NCBI GenBank assembly: GCA_963820645.1
Contig: CAWGAS010000023.1
Location: 33,795 to 97,794, forward strand
Direction: 5' to 3'
Length of the DNA: 64,000 nt
From: an uncultured Acidobacteriota bacterium
Lineage (GTDB): Bacteria; Acidobacteriota; Vicinamibacteria; Vicinamibacterales; 2-12-FULL-66-21
The translations under genes were made by a program, and so were the position numbers. This document shows, one piece after another, positions 22,943-34,661 of this stretch; position 1 is the stretch's first letter, and the number at the start of each line of letters is the position of its first letter. The notes under the pieces are model-generated. The model was not told the DNA's origin, searched no databases, and was given only the letters and a program-made list of their open reading frames with translations.

Positions 22943-24920
22943 ATGTCTTTCCACGAAGAAGAAATCCTCGGCAAGGCCTACGACGCACGCCTGATGCGCC
23001 GGCTGCTCCAGTACCTGCGGCCGTACAAGCCGCAGGTGGCGCTGGCGCTCGCCGCGATCATCTCGGCCTCGGTCCTGCAGCTCGCGCAGCCGTACCTGAT
23101 GAAGCTGGCGATCGATCGCTACATCGCCAACGGCGATCTGCAGGGCGTCGATCGGATTGCGCTGGCCTTCCTCGCGATCCTGATCGGCTCGTTCGTGCTC
23201 GAGTTCGTCCAGACGTGGACGCTCCAGATGACCGGCCAGCGGATCATGTACGACATGCGCATGCAGATCTACCGGCACCTGCAGCGCATCGACCTCCAGT
23301 TCTACGACCGCAACCCCGTCGGCCGGCTCATGACCCGCGTGACGACCGACGTGGACGTGCTCAACGACATGTTCACGGCCGGCGTGGTCTCCATCTTCGG
23401 GGACATCTTCACGCTCGCGGGCATCATGATCGTGCTCGTCACGATGGACTGGCGGCTCGCGCTCGTGACCTTTGCCGTCCTCCCGCTCATCGTCCTCGTC
23501 ACGCAGTGGTTCCGCCGCAACGTCCGGGAGTCGTACCGGACCGTGCGCGCCTGGGTGGCGCGAATCAACGCGTTCCTGCAGGAGCACATCACCGGCATGC
23601 CGACGGTGCAGCTCTTCCGCCGCGAGCGCCGCACCTTCGAGCGGTTCGACGAGATCAACCGGAAGCACCGGGACGCCAACATCGATTCGATCCTCTTCTA
23701 CGCCGTGTTCTACCCGGCCATCGAGGTGATCGGGGCCCTCGCGTCGGCGCTGATCATCTGGTTCGGCGGCGGATGGACGCTGCAGGGAACGCTCACCATC
23801 GGATCGCTGGTCGCGTTCCTGCTCTATTCGGGCCGCTTCTTCCGCCCGATCAGCGACATGTCGGAGAAGTTCAACGTCCTCCAGGCCGCGATGGCGTCCT
23901 CCGAGCGCATCTTCAAGCTCCTCGATACGCCGATCACGATCGAGTCGCCTGTGGGTGCGATCGAGTCGGGATCCGGGATCCGGGATCCGGGATCCGACAT
24001 GCCTGCGATCGCGTCGGATCCGAGATCCGGAGTGCGGGATCCGATTTGGCTGAGAACCTTTCCGGATCCCGGATCCCGAATCCCGAATCCCGGCAGCGGG
24101 GTCCGGGCCCGCCTCCGGACCCCGCACCGAAGGCCACATCATCTTCGACCGCGTGTCCTTCGCCTACGACGGCGAGAACGAGGTCCTGCGCGACGTCTCC
24201 TTCGAGGTCCGGCCGGGCGAGCGCGTGGGCATCGTCGGCGCGACCGGCGCCGGGAAGTCGACGCTCATCAACCTCCTGCTGCGGTTCTACGACGTGACGC
24301 GCGGCCGGATCCTCGTCGACGGCGTCGACGTGCGCGACATGGATCTCACGCGCCTGCGGCGGCTGTTCAGCCTCGTCCTGCAGGACGTGCACCTGTTCTC
24401 GGGCACGATCGCCGCCAACATCCGGCTGGGCGAGGCCGCGATTGACGACGCGGCGGTGAAGCGCGCCGCCGAGGCGGTGCACGCGGACCGGTTCATCGAC
24501 TGGCTTCCGGGCGGGTACGCGGGCGCGGTTGCGGAGCGCGGGGCCACGCTCTCGGTCGGTCAGAAGCAGCTGCTCTCGTTCGCGCGCGCGCTGGCGTTCA
24601 ACCCGCGGATTCTCGTCCTCGACGAGGCGACGTCGAGCGTCGACACGAAGACGGAGCTGCTGATTCGCGACGCGCTGCACGTGCTGATGGCCGGCCGCAC
24701 GACGATCGCCATCGCGCACCGGCTCTCGACGATTCAGGACATGGACAAGATCCTGGTCCTGCACAAGGGACAGCTGCGCGAGTCCGGCCGCCACCAGGAT
24801 CTGCTGGCGCAGCGGGGGATCTACTACAAGCTCTATCAGCTGCAGTACCGGGATCAGGAGAGAGCGGAGGGGACGGAGGCAACGAAGGCTACGGAGCCAG
24901 ATCTATTCAACATCGGCTGA
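22943..24920 (+). CDS. ABC exporter, fused permease/ATPase (MsbA-like), carrying a repeat insertion and a frameshift in the TMD-NBD linker
   Basis: The TMD in ORF 22943..24445 runs up to ...[17 protein letters not shown]. The NBD lies in ORF 24153..24920 ([73 protein letters not shown]). Confidence 0.9.
23956..24124. repeat. intragenic GGATCC word array plus terminal 9-bp hairpin
   Basis: GGGATCC x4 (23968-23995), then CGGATCCG, AGATCCGG, GGGATCCG, CGGATCCC, GGATCCCG, AATCCCG, AATCCCGG. It ends with GGGGTCCGG-GCCCGCC-TCCGGACCCC. It lies in the linker of the ABC exporter. Confidence 0.7.
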
Positions 24921-25050
24921 GCACGGAGGAACGGAGTAACGGAGACCAGAAAATCAAAACTTTGTTTTCTCCGTTTCTCCGTTCTCCGTTGCTCCGTGTT
25001 TGCGATGTTGAATAGATTGGCTCCGCTGACTCCGTCTCCTCCGTTCTCTC
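24858..25050. repeat. 193-bp imperfect palindrome (word ACGGAG/CTCCGT) spanning two convergent gene ends
   Basis: The left arm GAGAGAGCGGAGGGGACGGAGGCAACGAAGGCTACGGAGCCAGATCTATTCAACATCGGCTGAGCACGGAGGAACGGAGTAACGGAGACCAGAAAA matches the reverse complement of the right arm TTTTCTCCGTTTCTCCGTTCTCCGTTGCTCCGTGTTTGCGATGTTGAATAGATTGGCTCCGCTGACTCCGTCTCCTCCGTTCTCTC, about 80% by eye. Confidence 0.8.
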
Positions 25051-25597
25051 ACCCGCCCGTTTCCTTCACGACGGGCGTGACGCGAGGCGCCGGCGGCGGC
25101 TGCGCGGCCTCGCGCTGCCGGAACAGCCGATCGACCAGCGTCGGCGTGCTGGCCTTGGGGTTCCATCCGAGCCGCAGGACCGTGATGCCCGCCGGCCGCC
25201 GTCCGAGCGCGAGCGCCTCGTGACAGCTCCACATGTAAATATCGATGTGGCGCCCCTGGACGGCCGGTCCCGTGTCCATCACCGTGTAGATGCCGTTGTA
25301 GCGCTCGCCCAGCCGCTCGACCTGGATGACCGACCCGACCGGGAGTAGATCCGGGTCCGCGGCGGCGATTCCCGTCCGCACGTTCACCCCGGACGCCGTC
25401 GTCGTCCCCTTGCAGTACGCCGTGGCCGTGAACCTCAGCCGGGCGCCGGGCGCGGGGGTGGCGGTCGCCTCACGCAGCTCCGCCTGGCGCGCCGCATAGC
25501 GCGAATCCAGGATCGTCACCTCGTACAGGAAGGCAAAGGCCACGGCGGCTACTCCTGTTGCGACGATCTTCCGGCCGAGGGATCGGGACAGCAGCAT
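25049..25597 (-). CDS. 3D-domain (MltA/RlpA-like fold) cell-wall protein
   Basis: ORF 25049..25687. TM segment IVATGVAAVAFAFLYEV, then FTATAYCKGTTTASGVNVRTGIAAADPDLLPVGSVIQVERLGERYNGIYTVMDTGPAVQGRHIDIYMWSCHEALALG. Start taken at the Met at 25597. Confidence 0.7.
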   Translation of the reverse strand: MLLSRSLGRKIVATGVAAVAFAFLYEVTILDSRYAARQAELREATATPAPGARLRFTATAYCKGTTTASGVNVRTGIAAADPDLLPVGSVIQVERLGERYNGIYTVMDTGPAVQGRHIDIYMWSCHEALALGRRPAGITVLRLGWNPKASTPTLVDRLFRQREAAQPPPAPRVTPVVKETGG

Positions 25598-25738
25598 AAG
25601 TGCGGACTGAACGACGAAACTACAGGAGAGCTTCGCGAGCCGCCGGGGAAGAACTCCACTATAGACGTCCGGCAGGGGCCGCGTCAAAGAGGAAAGCCCG
25701 GTATTTCGGACCCTCTCGACGACACAAAGCCTTATTTA

Positions 25739-26236
25739 TCAGTATGTTGACGATCCTGTTGGGCTGCCGCGAGGCGCCGGTGGGCCACGATCATCGCGAG
25801 AGAGGCGCGGTACGCGACCACGCGAGAGCCCGACTGCCCCGATCGTCGAGCCCAGGCCGTAGGCCCAGAGCAGGGGGGTCAGGCTCCGGGCGAGGGTCCT
25901 GAACTCACCCCAGGAGGCGGCCGTCAGCGATTCCCGGAAGTCCTTCAGCAAGCCGGGAGGGACGTCGACGCCCAGGAGCGTCGCGCCGAGCAGGGTGACG
26001 ACCGAGTAGTAGGCGGGCATGATCCATGGGAGGTTCGTGCACACCCCGAGCAGTACCGCAACCCGGTTGAGGCGGAACGCGAACGCGACGACCAGGCCGA
26101 GGACGATGTGCAACCCCAGAAACGGGGAGAAGCCGAAGAACACCCCCACCGCGAAGGCGGCCGCGGTCCGGCGCGGCGTGTCGTGCGTGTGAAGCAGGCG
26201 ATCGAGCCAGCGGCGGACGCGCGGGGATCGCAGCAT
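25739..26236 (-). CDS. DUF2062-family membrane protein
   Basis: RRWLDRLLHTHDTPRRTAAAFAVGVFFGFSPFLGLHIVLGLVVAFAFRLNRVAVLLGVCTNLPWIMPAYY. The last roughly 30 codons look out of frame, so there may be a C-terminal frameshift. Confidence 0.7.
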   Translation of the reverse strand: MLRSPRVRRWLDRLLHTHDTPRRTAAAFAVGVFFGFSPFLGLHIVLGLVVAFAFRLNRVAVLLGVCTNLPWIMPAYYSVVTLLGATLLGVDVPPGLLKDFRESLTAASWGEFRTLARSLTPLLWAYGLGSTIGAVGLSRGRVPRLSRDDRGPPAPRGSPTGSSTY

Positions 26237-26243
26237 GTGCCGG

Positions 26244-27317
26244 TCAGAAGTGGACGAAGCCGGCCGGCAGCGGCTCGAGCGTCCCGTCGCGCAGCAGTCC
26301 GACGGAGCGGTCCGCCGTCACCTCGCCGATGCGCGTCACCGCCACTCCGCGCGCTTCGCGGATGGACGCGCGCAGCCGCCCGCGGGCGCGCCGCGGCACG
26401 GTGAACAACAGCTCGTAGTCGTCGCCCCCGGCCGCGCACGCGCTGACCGGGTCGCGGCCGGCCGCGGCGAACCAGGCCCGCGCGCCCGGGTGCAGCGGCA
26501 GCAGAGCCGGGTCGATCGCAACGCCGGTTCCGCTCGCGCCGGCGATCTGCGCGACGGCGTCGGCGAGGCCGTCGCTCAGGTCCATGCACGCGCTGGCCGC
26601 CCGGTTCCGTCCGAGCAGCGCGCCGATGCGGGCCCGAGGCTCCGGCCGGCAATGCCGCGCAACGCACTCCGCGAGGCCGGGGTCCTCGGGCCGGCCGACC
26701 AGCTCCGGCTCGCGCGTGCCCGGCGGGGCGCAGACGATCGGCCCGGCGTTCGCGCGCAGCCATTCGAGGCCGGCGGCCGCCGCGCCGAGCTGCCCGGTGA
26801 CGTAGACCGCGTCGCCCGGCTTCGCGCCGTCCCGCTTGAGGATCTTCCGCGGCTTGACGCTGCCGACGAGCGTGACGTCGAGGATGAGCGGCCCCGGGGA
26901 CCGTGTGATGTTGCCCCCGGCCAGCGCGATGCGCGACGCCGCGGCGAGATCCATCAGGCCGTCGAGCAGCCCGTCGACGTCCGCGACGGCCGCGTCCGGC
27001 GGCAGCATGAGCGAGAGCAGCGCGAACCGCGCGGCGCCGCCCATCGACGCCACGTCGCTGACGTTGACGGCGAGCGCCTTGTAGCCGATGTCGGATGGGG
27101 AGGAGAAGCGCCGATCGAAGTGGACGCCTTCGACGAGCGCGTCCGTCGTGAGCACCATCAGCGCGCCGCGATCCGGCGCCGCCACGGCGGCATCGTCGCC
27201 GATGCCGACGAGGAGCCCGGGTGGAGCGGGAGGCAGGCGGCCGCGGATCCGTTCGATCAGTGCCCGCTCGCCGGTGTCGGAGACGCGTGGGCGTCCGCCG
27301 CTACCGGGCAAACTCAA
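26244..27317 (-). CDS. thiL: thiamine-monophosphate kinase
   Basis: Intact 357-aa ORF: GERALIERI...IGDDAAV...LTTDALVEGVHF...IGYKALAVNVSDVASMGG...DLSDGLADA...GGDDYELLFTV. Confidence 0.9.
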   Translation of the reverse strand: MSLPGSGGRPRVSDTGERALIERIRGRLPPAPPGLLVGIGDDAAVAAPDRGALMVLTTDALVEGVHFDRRFSSPSDIGYKALAVNVSDVASMGGAARFALLSLMLPPDAAVADVDGLLDGLMDLAAASRIALAGGNITRSPGPLILDVTLVGSVKPRKILKRDGAKPGDAVYVTGQLGAAAAGLEWLRANAGPIVCAPPGTREPELVGRPEDPGLAECVARHCRPEPRARIGALLGRNRAASACMDLSDGLADAVAQIAGASGTGVAIDPALLPLHPGARAWFAAAGRDPVSACAAGGDDYELLFTVPRRARGRLRASIREARGVAVTRIGEVTADRSVGLLRDGTLEPLPAGFVHF

Positions 27318-28880
27318 CGGCGCGGGTCTCCCTGATGACGGTGACCTTGATCTGGCCCGGGTACTCGAGCTCGTTCTCGATCCGCTTGGCGATGTCCTTC
27401 GAGAGCCACACGGTCGCCTCGTCCGAGATCCGTTCGCTTTCGACGACGATGCGGATCTCGCGGCCGGCCTGGAGGGCGAACGACTTCGAGACGCCTTCGA
27501 ACGAATCGGCGATGCCTTCGAGCTTCTCGAGCCGCTTCACGTACGACTCGAGGATGTCGCGGCGGGCGCCGGGGCGCGCGGCGGAGATCGCGTCGGCCGC
27601 CTGCACGATCATCGCCTCGAGCGACGGCCAGTCGATGTCCATGTGGTGGGCCGCGACCGCCATCAGGACCGGCTCGCTCTCGCCGTGCTTGCGGAGGAAC
27701 TCGAGGCCGAGCTCGAGGTGCGTGCCCTGGAGATCGCGGTCGATGGCCTTGCCGATGTCGTGCAGGAACGCGGCGCGCGCCGCCACGTGTCCGTTCAGCC
27801 CGAGCTCCTTCGCCATGATGCCGGCGAGGAACGCGACCTCCTTGGAGTGATTGAGGACGTTCTGCCCGTAGCTGGTGCGGAACTTCAGCCGTCCCATGAG
27901 GCGGAGCACTTCGGGATGGAGATCGAAGAGCCCGAGCTCGAAGGCCGCGGCTTCGCCTTCCTTGCGGACGGTCTCCTGCATGTCGGTCTTGACCTTCTCG
28001 ACGATCTCCTCGATGCGGGCCGGGTGGATGCGGCCGTCGGCGATGAGCCGCTCGATGGCCTGGCGCGCCACTTCGCGGCGGAACGGATCGAAGCTCGACA
28101 GGATGATCGCGCCCGGCGTGTCGTCGACGATCAGCTCGACGCCGGTGGCGGTCTCGAGCGCGCGGATGTTCCGTCCCTCGCGGCCGATGATCCGGCCCTT
28201 GAGGTCGTCGCTCGGCAGATCGACGACCGAGACGGTGGTCTCGATCGCGTGCTCGGCGGCGCTGCGCTGGATGGCGTCGGTGATGATCTGCTGCGCGCGG
28301 GCGGCGGCGGTCTCGCGCGCCTCGGTCTCGAGCCGCTTGACCATGTTGGCGGCGTCGCGGCGGGCGTCGCCTTCGATCTGCTTGAGCAGCAGCTCGCGCG
28401 CCTCGTCGGCGCTCAGCCCGGCGACGCGCTGCAGCTCGCGCTGGCGATCGGCGGCGAGCTGTTCGACGCGCGCGGCGGCCGCGGCGGCGCGCTGCTCGTG
28501 CGCCGCGAGCGGCCTTCTCGCGCCCGCGGAGGTCCTGTTCCAGCCGGTCGGTCGCGGCGAGGCGATCGGCGAGCGCGCGGGTCTTGTCGGCGAGCCCCTC
28601 TTCGAGCCCGACAATCTGCTGGCGGCGCTCGCGCGCCTGCCGTTCGCTCTCGGCGGCGAGCTCGTGCGCCTTCTCGCGGGCTTCGAGGGCCGCTTCCTTG
28701 CGGAGGCTCTCGGCGTCGCGCTCGGCTTGCTTGAGCACGCGCTGGCGATTCGTCGTGGGCTTGCTTGAGGACGCCGGCGGCTGCGCGGCGTCGGGTCGCG
28801 GCCCCCCAGAGGAGGGCACCTGCCGCAAGCACGCCGGCCACGATGGCGGCGAGGGCGGCCAGGCCATATGGTGTCCCCAT
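27301..28880 (-). CDS. rny: ribonuclease Y, frameshifted in the N-terminal coiled coil
   Basis: KH and HD domains in ORF 27301..29061 (DDLKGRIIGREGRNIRALETATGVELIVDDTPGAIILS...HSKEVAFLAGIMAKELG...AAFLHDIGKA...VAAHH). N-terminal TM MGTPYGLAALAAIVAGVLAAGALLWG lies in ORF 28413..29030, with the ATG at 28880. Confidence 0.9.
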
Positions 28881-28939
28881 AGGAAGATCCCCGAAACCTG
28901 ACCCTTCCGGGCCAGGGGGTGAGTCTCGTCTGGCGTTCA

Positions 28940-29165
28940 GAATTGAGAAAGATGAGGAAAGGCCCCGCTTTGCCGTGTGGGGAGGTCGGATGAACCTGCG
29001 TAGAGCAGGTGGAACCGCTGCACAAGCCACGCTTCAGGCTTCCTCTTACAGAGGCATGCACACCACGCGGCGTCGCGATTCTCTTAGGTGAAACGTTGGC
29101 TCAAACGAGCCTCCGAGCCATCACGCGCAAAGCAGGGAGCTCAAACTCCTCCGCGATCTTACTTC
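28940..29165 (-). ncRNA. candidate structured non-coding RNA, or the structured 5' leader of rny (unassigned)
   Basis: Nested long-range complementarity: 28963-28979 with 29122-29137, GGAGG 28981-28985 with CCTCC 29110-29114, and TGAACC 28991-28996 with GGCTCA 29098-29103. The mismatches become G:U pairs only on the minus-strand transcript. No plausible ORF. It lies directly downstream of zapA. Confidence 0.25.
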
Positions 29166-29319
29166 AGTCGGGAGCGGGAGTCGAGGAGCGCGTTGAGAGG
29201 GGTGACTTTGGTCCGGGTCGTGGCCAACGGGGTCCCCGATCAAGCGCCCGAGCGGCTCGAGCTCCGTAGGCGGGATCGGGCGACCGGCTTCGCGTCGCGG
29301 AGCATGGGCAGGCGGTGGG

Positions 29320-29637
29320 CTACTGCGCGACGGCCTGCGGCGGTTCGAGTCCCAGGGCGAGATCGAGCATGCGCTCGAGCGCTTCCGCCCGCTCGGCGAC
29401 GCTGTCCTGCTGGCGGCGCCCCTCGTCGCGCGACCGGAAGTACTCGTCGGCGATATTGAGCGCGGCGAGGACCGAGAGCTTCAGGGTGTCGCCGGCCGGC
29501 GATTCGACGGCCGCCAGGCGCATCTTCTCGTCCACATACGCCGCCAGCTCGGCCACGTAGACCGGATCGAGACCGCTCCGGATCGGGTACTCCTGCCCGT
29601 GGATCTGGACGCTGACGACGCGGGAGGGATCGGACAT
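29320..29637 (-). CDS. zapA: cell division protein ZapA
   Basis: MSDPSRVVSVQIHGQEYPIRSGLDPVYVAELAAYVDEKMRLAAVESPAGDTLKLSVLAALNIADEYFRSRDE... (inside ORF 29320..29718). Start taken at the Met at 29637. Confidence 0.85.
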   Translation of the reverse strand: MSDPSRVVSVQIHGQEYPIRSGLDPVYVAELAAYVDEKMRLAAVESPAGDTLKLSVLAALNIADEYFRSRDEGRRQQDSVAERAEALERMLDLALGLEPPQAVAQ

Positions 29638-29644
29638 TCTGTAA

Positions 29645-29790
29645 GGGTTCCGCCGGGTTCCACTGGGTTCCACAAGGTTCCGCGGGGTTCGGTTCCGCTG
29701 GGTTCCGCAGTGGTTCAAGGTTCGCGCCGGGACGACGAACGAGAACGAGAACGAACGAAACCAAGAACCAAGAACAAGAACAGGAACGCG
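29645..29790. repeat. word array / hairpin (GGTTCC array, then GAAC/AAGAACC array); GGAACC family
   Basis: GGGTTCCGCC GGGTTCCACT GGGTTCCACAA GGTTCCGCGG GGTTCGGTTCCGCT GGGTTCCGCAGT GGTTCAA GGTTCGCG ... GAACGAGAACGAGAACGAACGAAACCAAGAACCAAGAACAAGAACAGGAAC. The right half resembles the right half of the element at 46030-46115. Confidence 0.7.
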
Positions 29791-29791
29791 T

Positions 29792-30052
29792 CAGGTTCAA
29801 ACTCTCAATCTGCGCCAGCATGTCCCCGACCCGTGAACGAATCAGCTCGCGTTCCTCGCGGAGGGCGGCGATCTCGACGCCGGTGCCTTCGGCTTCCGCG
29901 ACGCGCGCCCTCATCGCGTCGAGCTCGCGCGTCAACCGCGCGTTCTCGTCCGACACCCGGCTGTGATCGCCCCGCAGCCGATCGATCATGCCGACGAGCA
30001 GTTTGACTTTCTCCTCGAGCCGATCGATGGGCTCGAGATCCACCCGCGTCAT
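29792..30052 (-). CDS. small coiled-coil protein (ZapB-like / DUF904-like), 3' end uncertain
   Basis: MTRVDLEPIDRLEEKVKLLVGMIDRLRGDHSRVSDENARLTRELDAMRARVAEAEGTGVEIAALREERELIRSRVGDMLAQIESLNL. The frame then runs on through the repeat with no stop until 29240. It lies upstream of zapA. Confidence 0.45.
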
Positions 30053-30149
30053 CACAGCCTTCGCCACGTCGTGCTCCTTGAGTTCCTGCTCCGACTTCTT
30101 CCGCCTGAAGGCGGAAGCCACGAGCTTCAGCGTCGTGCTCAGCTCTGGG

Positions 30150-30169
30150 CTTCCGCCTTCAGGCGGAAG
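30150..30169 (-). terminator. stem-loop 3 nt downstream of the pheT stop (no U tract)
   Basis: CTTCCGCC-TTCA-GGCGGAAG is a perfect 8-bp stem. Its exact reverse complement recurs at 30098-30117. Confidence 0.4.
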
Positions 30170-30171
30170 AC

Positions 30172-33743
<3,572 letters not shown>

Positions 33744-33809
33744 CTTTTACTGATCCTCTTCGCTTCGCCGCTTCCCTCGCTTCCGCGCTTGCTGCAAGCT
33801 GCTGCGCGC

Positions 33810-34007
33810 TTACGCGTACGGCAACATCTTGCGCAGCGACGCCTGGTCGGCCTTCGACACGACGACCGTGCCCTTGAGGCCGCGCTTCCGGCTGCGGGTC
33901 TTGCTCGTCAGGATGTGCTGCTTGAACGCCTTGCTCCGGACGAACTTCCCCTTCGCCGTCTTCTTGAAGCGCTTCGCGGCGCCCCGGTGTGTCTTCAACT
34001 TCGGCAT
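33810..34007 (-). CDS. rpmI: 50S ribosomal protein L35
   Basis: [65 protein letters not shown]. Confidence 0.95.
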   Translation of the reverse strand: MPKLKTHRGAAKRFKKTAKGKFVRSKAFKQHILTSKTRSRKRGLKGTVVVSKADQASLRKMLPYA

Positions 34008-34026
34008 GATCTCGCTCTTCTCTTCC

Positions 34027-34637
34027 TTATTCACTGCTCGGCTCTATCCTGTGAGAGGGTTCCGGCTCTTTCGCTTCCGCCTCTTTCTTGGCGGCCGGCT
34101 TCTTTCCCGCTTTCCCGGACAGAATCGTGTGCATCTGGTTGCCCTCCTGCCGGGGCGACGTTTCCGCGATCGCCACCTCCGTCAGGTCGTCGATGAGACG
34201 CTCCAGGATCCGCCGGCCAATCTCCGGGTGCGCCATCTCGCGCCCGCGGAAGAAGATCGTCGCCTTGACCTTGTCGCCGTCAGCCAGGAAGCGCTCGATG
34301 TGCTTCTTCTTGAACTGATAGTCGTGCTCGTCGACCTTCGGCCGGAACTTGATCTCCTTGACCTCGATGATCTTCTGGTGCTTCTTGGCCTGCCGGGCGC
34401 GCTTCTGCTCCTGGTACTGATAGCGCCCGAAGTCCATGATGCGGCAGACCGGCGGCGTGGCGGTCGCGGCGATCTCGACGAGGTCGAGCCCTTTCCCCTT
34501 CGCGATGGTGAGGGCCTGCTGGGGGGGCATGATCCCCAGCTGCAGTCCTGTGTCGTCGATGACGCGCACCTCGCGCACCCTGATCCGTTCGTTCACCCGG
34601 GTGCGGTCATCCCGCCGCGGGCTTCGGTCGTATGCGA
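34027..34637 (-). CDS. infC: translation initiation factor IF-3, probable non-canonical ATC start
   Basis: ORF 34027..34596 ([22 protein letters not shown]...[20 protein letters not shown]...). The frame stays open upstream as far as an in-frame TAG nine codons before an ATC at 34635-34637, which follows GGGGAGG by 5 nt. This gives (M)[19 protein letters not shown]. Confidence 0.85.
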
Positions 34638-34661
34638 TAAAAACCTCCCCGAACTCTTGTT

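Noticed and set aside
30053-30121. An upstream start (MASAFRRKKSEQELKEHDVAKAV…) for the ZapB-like ORF at 30121.
   Set aside because: The extension is encoded by the GGCGGAAG/CTTCCGCC hairpin that duplicates the pheT-proximal hairpin. The Met at 30052 begins the coiled-coil sequence.
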